Shown: positions 24,756 to 38,551, numbered from the whole stretch's first letter. The stretch: 61,650 nt of DNA, filler included, from Squatina squatina (GCA_031763465.1; 4 parts of 4 records of this genome joined end to end with filler, not necessarily neighbours in it); one strand, 5' to 3'. The notes: generated by a model not told the origin, from the letters alone. Made by a program: numbers and translations.

Positions 24756-25010
24756 CGCCGTCTTGGAGGAGTCTGGACTGTGCATGCGCAGTCTCTGAGG
24801 AACCTGGACTGCGCATGCGCCGTCTTGGAGGATCCAGAACTGCGCGTGCACAGTCTCAGAGGAGCCCAGCCTGCGCATGTGCAGTCTCAGAGGAGCTGGG
24901 CCTGCGCATGCGCAGTCTCAGGGAGCCCGGACTGCGCATGCACAGTCTCTTGACACAGCCAGCAGGTAAGTTTTGTCCTGATCTGCCCTTCTCAAAATCT
25001 GGTCACCCTA
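24756..25010 (+). mobile_element. hAT (Blackjack-like) MITE right end with ~30-31 bp internal tandem repeat
   Basis: Ends in TCTGGTCACCCTA (reverse complement of TAGGGTGACCAGA); six units, each with a CTGCGCATGCGCAG-like core. Confidence 0.75.
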
Positions 25011-25546
25011 TTGTTAATATTAATAGCCATCATGATCTCTGATGCTAGGATGACCGCTGGAGAAACATTTTACCACAAATTTCTTCCCAATGCTTTTCAC
25101 ACCTGCCTTCACTCCATCAGTGTCAGAGCATATTTTTAACCGATAAACAATTTCCTGTTTGCATCTTAGCCTTCGTCAGTTAGCAAAATAAACCATTTTG
25201 GTTCATTCTAAATACAATCAAATATAAAAAATGCCATTCCCATTAACAATCCAGCTGATTGTTTGCTGACATTCCCACGACAACAGCTATTTGTTTTTAT
25301 GTTGTTCCCTTGACAACACACCAGTAGTGAGGTGGTTAGTAGCAATTGAAAAAAGTATTAGGATTGGTTAGAAGCTGCTACGATAGCAAAAGGTTAGGAA
25401 GACGAAGCAAATGATCACATACGTTTAAACCAATTGTAAACCTCAAAACAGCAGGAATAAATATTATTACTATGGCTCTACTAAATATTGCAATGATCCA
25501 AGTATTAACGTGATTTAGTTGCATGCAATACAAACAATATTAACAC

Positions 25547-25783
25547 TAACAACTTGAATTTATGGAGTGCCTTTAATGTAGAAAAAATGTCCCAAGGCAC
25601 TTCACAGAGGTGTAACTGGACAGAAATAGGTGCCAAGCTAAAGAAGGGCATATTAGGAGAGTTGACCTAAAGCTTAGGTAAACAAGTTTATTTTAAGGAG
25701 GAGCTTAAAGGAGGAGAGGGAGACGGAAAGTCAGAGGGCTTTAGGGAGGGAGTTCCAGAGTGTGAGTCCTAGATGGCTGAAGG
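25547..25783 (-). mobile_element. L2 LINE 3' end
   Basis: aacaacttgaatttatggagtgcctttaatgtag..cccaaggcacttcacag tail and ..tttagggagggagttccagag.. segment. Confidence 0.7.
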
Positions 25784-26196
25784 NNNNNNNNNNNNNNNNN
25801 NNNNNNNNNNNNNNNNNNNNNNNNNNNNNNNNNNNNNNNNNNNNNNNNNNNNNNNNNNNNNNNNNNNNNNNNNNNNNNNNNNNTGAAGATTTTGAGAAGC
25901 TACTTTTATAAGAGGACAGAACTGAACAATATGATTCACACCAGGTCGATTAATCTGCAATCCTAAAGCAGATTAATGGATAATCGGGTGTGATCGTCAG
26001 ATGTGTATCTCATTGAAGAGTTCTGATGACATCATAAACCATAGGAGTGAAATTCAGGCAGTTCATGACTAAACCCTAAGATGAGATAATGGTAAGTGCC
26101 AGTAGATTATATGCCTGTACATCACAGCTAGGCTTGTTAATACCCAGCTGATTTATGCCCAGGAGGGATCGCTGGATAGGGTAGAGTGGGAACCAT

Positions 26197-26327
26197 GGGG
26201 TATATACTTGTTTTAGGCGGCAGTGCAAAATGGGTGATAGCAGTCCATTTTCATTTCCAGTGGAAAAATGGGCTGTTAATTTGCTATCGCCCGTTTTGCG
26301 CTACTGTTCAAGGCAAATTAATACCCC
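26197..26327. repeat. Palindromic MITE-like element
   Basis: GGGGTA..TACCCC ends; gcaaaatgggtgatagca pairs with tgctatcgcccgttttgc. Confidence 0.65.
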
Positions 26328-28349
26328 TATGGCTATTTTTATTTCTTCATTTTGGCTCAAGGACACTCATCCCTATTGTGGTGCCCCACCATTGTCCTGA
26401 TAGAGATGAGATATCAGCACCGACTGGAGACTGAATCTGGAACTTTCCAAGCTCGTGTGTGAAGCTTCCTCTCTTTTTCTGAAGCTGGCCCGATATGGTT
26501 ATTTGGGATGTATGATATATTTACCCCACGGATGCGTTAGGCGAGGTACTTATGAGAGCAGTTTCACTTTTATTTTGTATTCTGGCACTGGTGGATTCGC
26601 TCTGCACAATTGATGCGTGATGATATCCTCACTGAAGATTGTAGAACGAATGATCATGAAATAATCACTGCAGTTTATGGAGTGATAATTTGTAGTTGAT
26701 TACCAGAAAACAACATCATATTATAAGGGAATTAAGCCTCCAGTGTGTATTAGATCAGACTATTTTCTTCCAACTACCACAATTAGAATGTTGAAAACAA
26801 AGATCAGCCTGTCTTGCTAATGATGTCGATAGCAAAACATAGACTGTATGCTTAGTGAGAAAGGCTCTTTACTTTATTCAGTACACATATATCTGAAAGT
26901 ATGAGTAACTGAGAAAAACACTGAAAAGCAACGTTGCGCTGCACAGTTTAAACTGTCTGATAGTGACTTTGTTTTGTTCATAATGCATGCAGTTCAGGGG
27001 AAATTTTAAAACAAATAAGATACTAAAATATAATAGAGGTAATTTTAACCCCCTAAAACGGGTGGGTTGGAGAGGGGTGAAATGTAAAAATTTAAAAAAT
27101 CTCAAAACCCAACACCAACCAACTTCCAGGCGAGACAGGGGATAGGCAGCCAACCCGCTTCCGGGAGGTGGGTTGTCCATTTAAATATTATAATGAGGCT
27201 AGGAGCCTCACAGTTAATACAAAAGCAAAATACTGTNNNNNNNNNNNNNNNNNNNNNNNNNNNNNNNNNNNNNNNNNNNNNNNNNNNNNNNNNNNNNNNN
27301 NNNNNNNNNNNNNNNNNNNNNNNNNNNNNNNNNNNNAGAGGAGAGAAAGAGAGATTAAAGAAAACATAAACCTACAAGGAGAAGTAGAAAGATGTTCAGT
27401 AGACATGCAGAGAGAGGTGCGACCTAGAAAAAAAGAGTCTGAGACAGCAGGGCTGAAGGGCCAGAGAGAGAAGAAGAAGAAGATAACAGAAAAGTGTATG
27501 AGAGTATAAGACAAGCAGAAAGGCATGGGGAGGGAGTCAGAGATAATCAGAAAGTGGAAGGGAAATAAACAGAAAGTTAAAGGAAGATAGACATACACAC
27601 AATTATTTTTTACTTCTATCTGTGAACAACCTCAGGAGATAAACTACTTTTTCAAAGAACTTTGAGAAATATGCCTTGAGCAACAGTCTCTATAAATAGT
27701 GACTAAATGGAGGTATTGGCGAATGTGTTTTGACAATGAAGGTCTCCGCAGAGACTGATGCATTGATGTTGAGTAGTTACTGTTGCTGCCAACTTCAAAA
27801 ATGTTGGCTAAGTTGGTTCCTAAAGTAAACTGTTTTATTTAAGAAACCTGAAGATAGATTTTTCTGCTCTTCTAATGTTTAATATTATTCTATAACATTG
27901 TTCTTTAAATACGTTTATTTCTTTTTGTGAAATAATTAGTGCAGTGCTAAGCATAATCTTAACATCAATAAAGAATGNNNNNNNNNNNNNNNNNNNNNNN
28001 NNNNNNNNNNNNNNNNNNNNNNNNNNNNNNNNNNNNNNNNNNNNNNNNNNNNNNNNNNNNNNNNNNNNNNNNNNNNNAACCCCTAAATTGGCAGCAGTTT
28101 GAGTTCCAAAAGTCAGCAGTTGTCAGTACTCGCTCAGTTTCTACACGTTAGTTTGAGTATGTGTTACAATGTCCTATTGTGACACTATTAGTCCATATTA
28201 GCTGCTTTAGTGCTTGAGGTACGATTAATAAATTCACATAGAAGCCAATGAATAATTTTGGAAAATATCTGTTAGGTTGGTTGATGATTCAATAAAAAAT
28301 TTCATCACAATGCAAGTTTCAATTCAAGTATTGTTCTGTTTTTTTCCAG

Positions 28350-28631
28350 TTCCACCCGCTATATCCTTCAGTATTGAAAACAAATTGAATGACATAATAA
28401 CGGCCATTTGCACTGCTTCAAGTGGGAAACCAGCTGCAGAAATTACTTGGCACCCAAATAATTTAGGAAACTTCTCAATCAATATGACCTATCACAGAAA
28501 CAGAACCGTGACTGTACGAAGCGAGTATAACATTTCCACCCACCTCTTCAGTGAGGAGGTAATCTGCATTGTAAGCCACCCAGCATTTAATGGAACACAA
28601 AACTATACCATTCCACGAAACAGTCCACGTG
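28350..28631 (+). CDS. Ig C2-set (CD80-like) exon, CD200 receptor-like
   Basis: Acceptor ttttttccag, donor gtaagt, 282 nt, phase 1-1. VPP..TAICTASSGKPAAEITW..NRTVTVRSEY..VICIVSHP resembles the CD200R1 membrane-proximal domain; multiple N-glycosylation sequons. Confidence 0.8.
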
Positions 28632-31127
28632 GTAAGTATATCTAAAATATATGTATTGCATTTTCATGAATGAATGGCATACAGAAGATTAAAATCTCTA
28701 ATCCACCATTCAATTTAAGTGGTTAAAAGCTTTAATTAGGAAAAACACGTCCTAACTACAATTTAAACAGAGTAGCAGGACTGTTTGAGGCACAACATGT
28801 GTCTTCGCAGCTGAATTGCACACCAACAAAAATTAGCTTGAGAAACCAAGAACAGAAAATTGCAACATCCAAGTTAAGGCAGGGAAAAATAGACCACCCC
28901 TGAACACTATGAACTAATATCTCAGTAGCTGCCCTCAGGAGCCCAGATCTCAAGTGCTCCAGTTCAGAGGCGGTAACAAGGCACCTTGATTACAAGGCTG
29001 CTCTGAACTTCTAAATGAATCTCAGAACTGGTCTGACTTCAAGGTTAGAGCATTACCTGAAGGACAAAGAAAACTTCCACTGAGACAAGGTGTGGAAATA
29101 TCCGCCAGTGTTTTCTTTGCTATGTCTTTAGTAAGCTGCTGAGGTGGAGGCCAGGGCACTTAGCGACAACATAAACTAAGAATCCTTCCTGATTTTGACC
29201 CCAAACCCACTAACTAAAAGGAAGTTTACTGCTTAGCAGGTTATAGAAAAGGATTGCAGTGATGGCAGTATAAGNNNNNNNNNNNNNNNNNNNNNNNNNN
29301 NNNNNNNNNNNNNNNNNNNNNNNNNNNNNNNNNNNNNNNNNNNNNNNNNNNNNNNNNNNNNNNNNNNNNNNNNNGAGATGCCTATGTATCAGACGTGTAA
29401 TGTTAGCAGGGCACATACAACATGTAATCAATGCATGCATGTGCTGACATCACAAATGCGCCTTAAGTATATACAGCATTTCCAGATCCAAGGGCATGGC
29501 TGCATTTAAAGGCAATCCTTTTGTAATTACAGACACCTGCAGGAAAACTGAAATCCTAGACAGTCTATAGAAATTTGCACTACAAATTTTGCCACCTGAT
29601 CTGTAGGCTGCTGAAGCCCTCTAACTGCATCACGCTGATGCTGATGAAGCTTTTAGTCACCCGTCCGAATATTTCCTTCTTTGACTTGGTGTTAATTTTT
29701 GTCTTATTGCGCTCCTGTGAAGCGCTGTGGGACATTTTCCTATGTTAAAGGCACCATATAAATGCACATTGTTATCCGGGTGTAAAAGCATCATAAGAAA
29801 ATATCCTTAAAGATTCTCAGCAACCATTTTAAAAGCTGAGATGTGTAGATGCAATCGGTGGAATCAGGACAAGAGCTAATTTGTTTGTAGAGTTGGCTTT
29901 CCTTAGCACCAACTTCTGGTTCAGCACTATTGAGACGTTGTTCTCATGTTTCACGTTTCGGACAGCATAAGACACCAAAGTTTAATTGCAGAACCTGGTA
30001 TATTAAAGATGAATGCAATCAAAATGTTTCTGTGCAAAACGGTGTACTGTGCTGCAATCTAATACTCCGTCTCTCACAGTACACCAATATATTAATATAA
30101 TTAGGTTAACTTGAGGGAGCAAGGCAGAGAGGCACACTGGATAGAGGCTGAACAAGCAAAACAGAATAGGAAAAACAAAGGCAGCAAGAGAGAAATCAAT
30201 AAGGGTAAAACACAAGTTATAATTGCTTTATTCTAACATTGGATCAAAATATTTGAACAGTTTCACTGTTTCTGTGTGTTTCCTGGTGTGTTATTATCCA
30301 TCAGGATACACAGACAAAAACATCAAAGAAAATACAGGGGAAGTGTGACGATGACAGTGGATCACTGCAACAACCTACTTAATCTGGTTAGAACTGTACA
30401 TCAATTACTTATCTCTGCTAACATTTTAAGTACCCAAAGACTTTTTCAGCTTTCAAAATACAAAATTCAATTTTGTCTGATGGCAGACAAATATTTTCCT
30501 TTGTGTGACATCTGCAAAACCAATTTGCTCTGAGTTTCTGATGCTGAATGCTATAAAGTAAAATTAGAGGAAAGCACAATATTAAAGAGTATTTTGATAC
30601 ATTGTACTCTTGCAATCAGTTTCAAAAATGTAATTTAGTTATATTTTTAATGGAGTACAACAAAATTAGCTCTGGAAAGAAATGTTAAACACTGCACTTC
30701 TTGTGCATTAGTTTCCCCTAGAGTTAACTTCATATTCTTAAATTCACACAAGATATAATATAGGTCCAGAAATTATTCTCTTTGCTATTCTCCTAAGTCA
30801 TCACNNNNNNNNNNNNNNNNNNNNNNNNNNNNNNNNNNNNNNNNNNNNNNNNNNNNNNNNNNNNNNNNNNNNNNNNNNNNNNNNNNNNNNNNNNNNNNNN
30901 NNNNTCTCACATAATGTAATGGACTTTAAAGGATGGCGTGATGCACAACAAGTCAACACAGCAGACAACTCATACTGAGAGTGCAAAATAACTCATTCTA
31001 TCAACGTCTGCACCTGTAAATGTCATGTAAGCAAAATGCTCAACTGCACTGGTATATAAACCACTGTGAATATATGAAAAAATACTCTTTATTTTCTGGT
31101 GACAGATACAATAAACAGGATAATTCA

Positions 31128-31146
31128 TATATATATATATATATAC
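31128..31146. repeat. (TA)n microsatellite
   Basis: Direct TA run. Confidence 0.85.
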
Positions 31147-31699
31147 TTGATATTCAGTACTAACCCAAAATGATTTGTAAGCAGGGTGTAATTACTTAGG
31201 AAAAAAAAGACATTTTAAGATTTCAAAATCATAGGGACATGTTCAGATTCACAGTCTGGGAAAAGAGAAGTCATGGTTTTTCTACAGAGATTGGCTAATA
31301 GTTTTGAAAGGCAAATTGGCAAGTATTTGGAGGAAGAATTACTTTGGCTTTTGGCACTGACACTTGTTTCCGTTGACTTCAGTGACAGTACTGTAAATTA
31401 GAGGATCCGTGACCCACCCAAAGGTGGATTCAAGGTACCTTCATGGGCAAAGACAGATGCTACTATCATTCCTTACCACCTGTACCAGGCCAGTGATGCA
31501 GTTTTTCCCCAGCCACTGAGGAAAATACAAATGCTGGAAANNNNNNNNNNNNNNNNNNNNNNNNNNNNNNNNNNNNNNNNNNNNNNNNNNNNNNNNNNNN
31601 NNNNNNNNNNNNNNNNNNNNNNNNNNNNNNNNNNNNNNNNTTAGTACTAAAGAACAAAAGGGAGCAGCACTGAATCGGGGCACAACAGATTGGGACTGC

Positions 31700-32210
31700 T
31701 ACGAATATGGAGGATAAAACCAATTTGGAGTTGTTTGCTGAATGGCCTTTTGTGATTTCTACGTAACCAAGAGGCCCAGGCCCAGGAGCTGGTAGGTGGG
31801 TTGAGCGAGAGAGGGAGCAGAGACAAGGGTGAGGAAGGGGGTAAAGGAGAGAGATTTGGAGGGTATTTAGGATAGTCACAATGTGGGCATGTCTGTGATC
31901 TCGCTGCTTTGCTTCATGTCCTAAAGATCTTTTTCTCCACTTGCTTTGAATCACAGAGTGTTCTGTGTCTTCACCCTTAAATGTGTTAGAACAGGAGGAG
32001 TAGGACCAATCAGCACGTATCAAAGAAGTTTCTCTTCTGAACCTCATACTTTATCCCCCATGAATTCCCCAAGGATCTTCTTGGGGCCGTCTCCTGTTCC
32101 TCATCTACATTCTGCCTGGAGGTGACATCTCCCATAGGCACCGGCCCAAATTCCATGTATATGTTGATGACATCTCGCTTTACCTCTTTCATTCATAGAC
32201 CCTACAATGA
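31700..32210. mobile_element. L2-like LINE fragments
   Basis: + strand 32060-32190 reads IPQGS..LLFLIYILP..FHVYVDDISLY (PQG and YADD RT motifs, frameshifted); the adjacent part may be in the opposite orientation. Confidence 0.6.
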
Positions 32211-32510
32211 TTATTGATGCATCATTTTCAAGTTTTGCTCTCTCAATTTGATATAATGTGAAGCCTCTGATGTATTGCTCCTTCATACTTCAGCCCATAT
32301 ATTAACCTGTATTTTATAGTGATCTAGTGGTACTTTGCCAAAGCACAATTATGGTGGTTGAGCGATAAGTCTGGAAAATTTGATAATTTTATTATCTAAG
32401 GTGTGTAAACCTCCAGCTTTATCGCTATACAATGATACAAGTTGAGATCTGTAGTTTAACACATTTCATTCTTTATATAGTATAGCGAATGGGGGAAAAT
32501 AGTCTTTTAA

Positions 32511-32654
<144 letters not shown>

Positions 32655-33782
32655 TAGTTGTAGGTATCAACATATTGAATTTAGCATGAAATCGAACAGG
32701 AAGTTATCCTCCTGTAGCTTCTAGTTTATAAAACATGATTTTAATTTAATTAGACCAGTCAGATATTGTAGTGCTGCCATTATTCCCATGTAAGAAAACT
32801 TGGCCTTATCAAACCATCATGTGTAAGTCTAAACAGCAAGTGTTGAGCATTAGAGCTTCGGTCAAACCCAGTCCTCTCTTCAGCCAGCAACCACACATAA
32901 TGCACACCTTTCAACCAGTGGCTATTACATAACAATCTGACCCAGAAATATATTGGTTGTAGCTGGTGCCATGGATGTGTACCTTTTTTATGAAATATCA
33001 TCTTCAGGAGTAAAGAAAGTTGAAGGAGGTGGGATGGAAAAGGAAATAACATATGCAGGTGGAACTTTCCAAGACCCCATGCCACTGACCTGGCCTCGCA
33101 CTGAGCAGATGACTTGTTAGAATGCCCACAATTTTCTGTTCGTGAACATGAATGAAGGGAACGTTATGGGCTGATGACAANNNNNNNNNNNNNNNNNNNN
33201 NNNNNNNNNNNNNNNNNNNNNNNNNNNNNNNNNNNNNNNNNNNNNNNNNNNNNNNNNNNNNNNNNNNNNNNNNNNNNNNNCACTCCATATCCTAGTTGTA
33301 GTAAACCTTAGGGTCACATTCCACAGTACAACTGCCAAAGCTGCCAGGGCCCAACACTCCTATAATTGTTGTCAAATCCTACAATCTTCTCCCCATTCCA
33401 CCCCCTCCTACTACTAAACTCCTGCGAATCCAGAACTTTGTAAAATGTTAGTTACAAATTAAGTTATAGAATCATAGAAACTTGCAGCATGGAAGGAGGC
33501 CATTCAGCCCAGCGTGTCTGTGCTGGTTCTTTGAAAGAGGTAAAGGAACATGTAGTAATAAAGGCCACTCATTTATAGTTTTCATGGCGATACTAACAGA
33601 ATCATGGAATCTGATTCCCAAAACACCACCATGGGGCCACTGAGACCAATTTCTACAACTCCAGTGCTGCCTCAGCTGATTACACTTATTTAAACACAAA
33701 CCAGGGATTGAACCTAGGATATATCTCTTCTGTGAAACTTAGCAATTCCCCCCTGAGCATAATTTTCAATTTCTTCTAATAG

Positions 33783-33985
33783 GAGCCATGTTCTGCTGTT
33801 TTGGGGTATGGCAAAAAATTGGACAAAGCCATTAGGAAAGGCCTTGGTTGGCTTTTGAACACCATAGCAAAGGATTATGATGTTCTTCAAGAACGGGTAC
33901 AAAAAGACACAATGGAGCAGAAGGCACAAGAAGAACAAGAAAAACGAGAACGGGCAGAAAGAGTGCGTAGAATACGAGAGGAAAG
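33783..33985 (+). CDS. ARL13B: ARL13B exon (end of G domain and coiled coil)
   Basis: Acceptor aatag, donor gtaaaa, 203 nt; [44 protein letters not shown]. The intervening exons are absent, presumably lost in gap 33181-33280. Confidence 0.93.
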
Positions 33986-34300
33986 GTAAAAGCACATGCA
34001 ACAATTTCACTTGTCCGATTATTTATTTTATTTATTTATNNNNNNNNNNATGATTGAAGTAACATTTCTTTTCAATCCTTCAGAAGGATTTGAATTATAG
34101 ACTGTTTCCCACTTTTCCATAATACCATTGTATACTTAAAAATAATAATTGAAAAAGATTCTCCTCCCTCAAAAAACCTAGATTACATACTTACTAAAAT
34201 AGTGATAGATTCTCATAATTTCTAAAGAGTTTCGATAATTAGAATAACTTTTATTAAAAAAAAAATGTTTGAGGTTTTACTTGAGAGAAACTATAGTATT

Positions 34301-34400
34301 NNNNNNNNNNNNNNNNNNNNNNNNNNNNNNNNNNNNNNNNNNNNTTAATTAATTAANNNNNNNNNNNNNNNNNNNNNNNNNNNNNNNNNNNNNNNNNNNN
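34301..34400. other. Artificial scaffold-concatenation linker
   Basis: 44N-TTAATTAATTAA(34345-34356)-44N. Confidence 0.97.
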
Positions 34401-35701
34401 AATCATAAAAAGAACTCAAAGGAAGGTTAGAACAATTAATCTTTATACAGAGAGTGGATGATTAGAATGTTGAATTGTCTGATTCAAACTGTTGTTCAAA
34501 CAGAGTGAATAAGTTGCTCTAAAAAGGAATTCAATTTTTGCTTCAAAAAGAAACTACCAAAGTATATGGGATGCAAGCAAGTGGAATTACCAGGTGGCTC
34601 ATGTGGAGAAAACACTACTGCAGACTATGAGTCGAATAACTTGTTTCTAACACTATCATTCATTGAACAAACTACTGTACTTGCTTAATATTCTTCTTTA
34701 AGCAATGCTAGCTTGATCTGGTCCTGGCTTCCCCATCATATTAACTAATGCAACAGCAACATCTCAACTGCAAATGATAAACCACACGACTCATACTGGG
34801 GAACAGCAAATTTGTACCATGCCATTGTACACACAAAAGCCATAGCGCACAAAGAGCTTTCATTATTTCAAGTATGATCCGTAAATCAAACCTCATCGTC
34901 TTCATAAGCAAAGTCAACATGCTCAGTTGAGGCCACGTTTATGTTAAAGCATCCACTGCAGAGTTGATCTAGTACTCATTTACTGGGAGACCACTCTCCC
35001 AAGCTAGGCCATCATAAATTATGCAACGAAGACTCAGTAATGGACAATAATATCTTACATAATTAAGTGATAATGGAAGGAACGTGCACATTGTTGGGTT
35101 ATTAACTGCCCATTTATGTTCTCAGTGCCAGGTGCACAGATGATAGGACACACAAATCATTTGGATGGTGTGCCAACATGGCTCCTTTACTCAAACAACT
35201 GCATATGCTCTGTACATCAGGAGTTTGCCGCTGTGCGGCTAACCATCTGCTGCTGTAAAGACGGCTCTCGGGTCAAATGCTCAGGCAGGAAATGCAAAGC
35301 AGTCACAGTCGTTAGTTACTGAGAGCTACAATCGCTCCTCATAACAGCCTCACACTCTGGCCACCTCCAAATGGCCTTCAAAGTTCTACAGCCTTACTTC
35401 ATGTCGGAGGTGGTGTCAACAATATTTCACTCAGGATGTGAAATTGGTGACTGCAGAGGGAAAGAAGGATTCTACTAGTATTTGAAGATTGGGGGATGGT
35501 ATTCGGCCAGCTTATAAGTAAGCCCATTGGTTTATGTGATTTCAGTTTTTATGACACTCCTGGATTTTTACTGATGTTCGGGAGATTGAATTCAATAATT
35601 TAGCACCGATAACTGCATATATGCCCAATTGTCAGCTTTTCAACCCGTAGGTCAGCGTTTCTAAAGAACATCAACCATTTTTCACTGGGATTAGAGGTTG
35701 T

Positions 35702-35838
35702 CAATCAGATCACAGGAAGGCATAACTGGAGGTCATCACACAACCAATCAGATCACAGGAAGGCATAACTGGAGGTCATCACACAACCAATCAGATCACA
35801 GGATGGCATAACTGGAGGCCATCACAACCAATCAGATT
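35702..35838. repeat. 43-bp minisatellite, ~3.2 copies
   Basis: Unit caatcagatcacaggaaggcataactggaggtcatcacacaac starts at 35702, 35745 and 35788, with a partial copy at 35829. Confidence 0.95.
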
Positions 35839-37538
35839 ACATCTGCCACCATTGGATGCACAGGAACTTGAGGCTGAAAACTTTTAAGATGAGCCCATGG
35901 TTATTGAGAATCCAGTTNNNNNNNNNNNNNNNNNNNNNNNNNNNNNNNNNNNNNNNNNNNNNNNNNNNNNNNNNNNNNNNNNNNNNNNNNNNNNNNNNNN
36001 NNNNNNNNNNNNNNNNNAGAGAAGCTGTGCATCATTTTACTACACAGAGAAATGATGCACTGAGATCTTGGTGCAAAACGAAATCATGAAACACGTACAA
36101 ACAATGCCCTAGAACATTTGTGAAACAGTTTTCAACAGTCTGGATGCCCTTTTAAAAAACAATACAGGATGTATGCAAGGGGGGACCTTTTGCCTCAACT
36201 GTGTGCATCCATAATATGCACGGGATTTGCCATCAGAAGCACTCCAGTTGCTGAAGTCTCACCATGTGTTTTTAAAATACTGGTCTTGTGATTTTGACCA
36301 TCAGTACAATAGTTTATGTTGTATGGTCACTGACCCAGGCTTCCCACAATCCAAAGGACATCTGTTTCTTCTCTGAAGTCCAAGCTCACTGTCTGAGTCT
36401 CCCCCTGTCCATGGTTTCTGGTTGCCCATGGTAATACATGCATGTTCCACGTTCTCTCGCAGTCTAGTGGGCATGATTATTTTACTAGGATTTCTTCTCC
36501 GACAAGCCTTTTATTTTAAAGGTCATGTTTTTCCTTTGGCATTGCTCAGTCGACCTCATCAAAAGTTTCACCAGACAAAAAGGTATTGAGCGTATTTACC
36601 CTTTTTCTAGCTACTTGAAGCAGGATATTGAATAAAACAGCATCATTAAATTCGATATAATGTTGTGAATTTATGTCCAAGTATAAAAGGCTATATTTAA
36701 TTTGGATAGATCGTCACTAGCATCGCATGCCAATGAGATCTAAATACGAGTTGCTCTGTGCTGCATCACCAACCATTTTGAACTGTGCTGTAGAACCGCT
36801 GCACATAGAACTGGTTAGGCCCCAGGGTCATTCTCTACAGTAGCATTTCATTAAAGAAAATACACAATTGGGAGATTGCTATCACTTCAAGGACAGAATA
36901 ATCTGCATTTTACACTTCCAAAACCAAAATAAAACACTGGTCCAAGTACAGTGCCGACCTATACCAGCTCAATTAGGTTTTTTTTCATTGAGATCTGCAA
37001 AGACCTGCACACATACTTTACTTAGCTGATAGGGATGCAAATGCTCCTTGCATTTTAAACAAAAAAGAAAGCTTTTTGTGGCCAGTTCAGAGACCCCAAC
37101 AAGATTGAGCTGCTTACACCTGGGGACGAGTTGCTATTATCTGATGCCTGGATGCATTGGTTCTTTCTAACTTTTAAACTTAAAAAAGCAAATAAGCTAA
37201 AAATTATTGGCCTGGATTTTGCATTGAGAATAACGGCAAGGCTAGCAGTGCTCACCGCTATTATGGAGTAAAGCAGACAGCAACAACCAGAGTCCACACA
37301 TACACAGTTAAATGCGGAAATCCGAAAGTTGCTGTCCGAGTTACCCTGCTCCTCCACAGGCTGCACTATAACAGTATCTCACCGAGAGACTCAGCATTGC
37401 AATCCATGCAAGGGCGTGAAGTTGCTGTACTTGCGTGGNNNNNNNNNNNNNNNNNNNNNNNNNNNNNNNNNNNNNNNNNNNNNNNNNNNNNNNNNNNNNN
37501 NNNNNNNNNNNNNNNNNNNNNNNNNNNNNNNNNNNNNN

Positions 37539-38356
37539 CCCACAAGGTCCTCTGGGCAGCAGGTCTGGTTGCAGCAAGCTACAAATGTTTGCGACGACCT
37601 GGTGCGATAGCCTGAGCCTCCTTTGGCAGTGCTGCTTGCTGATGTTGAGGAAGCTCATCCTCAGCCTGTGTACCCTGTGTTGGGGGTTTCACCTCCAGAG
37701 TGCTGTAGCCCTGTGGTGTCTCTTCTCTCCTGTGCAGCATCAGGCCATTGAGGAGAAGTCTGCTCTTGTGGTTGCTCCTGCTGCTGCTGGGGCTCATCTA
37801 GTCCAATTCTGAGGTCCAAGGTGAGACAGTATAAGCAGCACCCACGCTGATCTAATAGATCGCAAGTAGAGATCAGGGGCACAATCCTTGAATGTTCTGA
37901 TAGTGACTAGCAACATGGTGAGAGTGGCCTCCTGAAAGCTAAATCTCTGCACAAAATGATATCAGCAAGAGCCTTTCCCCTAGGCACGGCAGCAGGTGTG
38001 AGCTGCGAGTATCTTTGTGTTTTTTCCAGCTGTCACTTAATGGACTTGCACAATGGCCCATCCGCCTCATCTTGACAAGTGAGGTTCCCGAGGTTCGGCA
38101 ATCCCCTGCGCAACAAGTTAAGGCCAAGACCTGATGTTAAAAAGACAGTGAAGGGTCTCTCAACAAGCAGTTAGATACCTCAATGAAGTTGCCCGTCTTT
38201 CCCGAGCAGGCGTGTGGTGCGCCTCAAAACACGCCTAAGTTAAATTAGGTCGTTGGCGGGATCCCGGCAGGTTCCCAATGCACTGTAAATTCCCATGCTT
38301 ATAACTGCTCACCTGCTCCCAAACCCACACGCTCAGCAAAGGAAAAATCCCGGCCG
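37539..38356 (-). mobile_element. PIF/Harbinger DNA transposon: terminus plus start of HARBI1-like transposase
   Basis: Minus-strand [44 protein letters not shown] resembles a Harbinger transposase N-terminus; GGCCGGGATTTTTCC terminus at 38356. Confidence 0.75.
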
Positions 38357-38551
38357 CATTGTCTGAAAGATCGGTGGCAGCAGATTCAATAGTAACTTTC
38401 AAGAGGGAATTGGATAAATACTTGAAAAGCAAAAAAATTGCAGGGCTATGGAGAAAGAGCAGGGGAGTGGGACTAATTGGTTAACCCTTTCAAAAAGCCG
38501 GCACAGACATAATCGGCTGAATAGTCTGCTTCTGTGCTGTATGATTCTATG
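38357..38551 (+). mobile_element. CR1 LINE 3' end with tail
   Basis: FKRELDKYL..LQGYGERAGEW followed by ..ctgtgctgtatgattctatga. Confidence 0.85.

Noticed and set aside
30276-30390. Possible transmembrane or cytoplasmic exon of the CD200R-like gene
   Set aside because: The hydrophobic stretch is short, splice boundaries are ambiguous and there is no recognisable motif.
35702-35838. CRISPR-like array (also considered for 24756-24950)
   Set aside because: Head-to-tail repeats with no unique spacers, in vertebrate DNA, with no cas genes.
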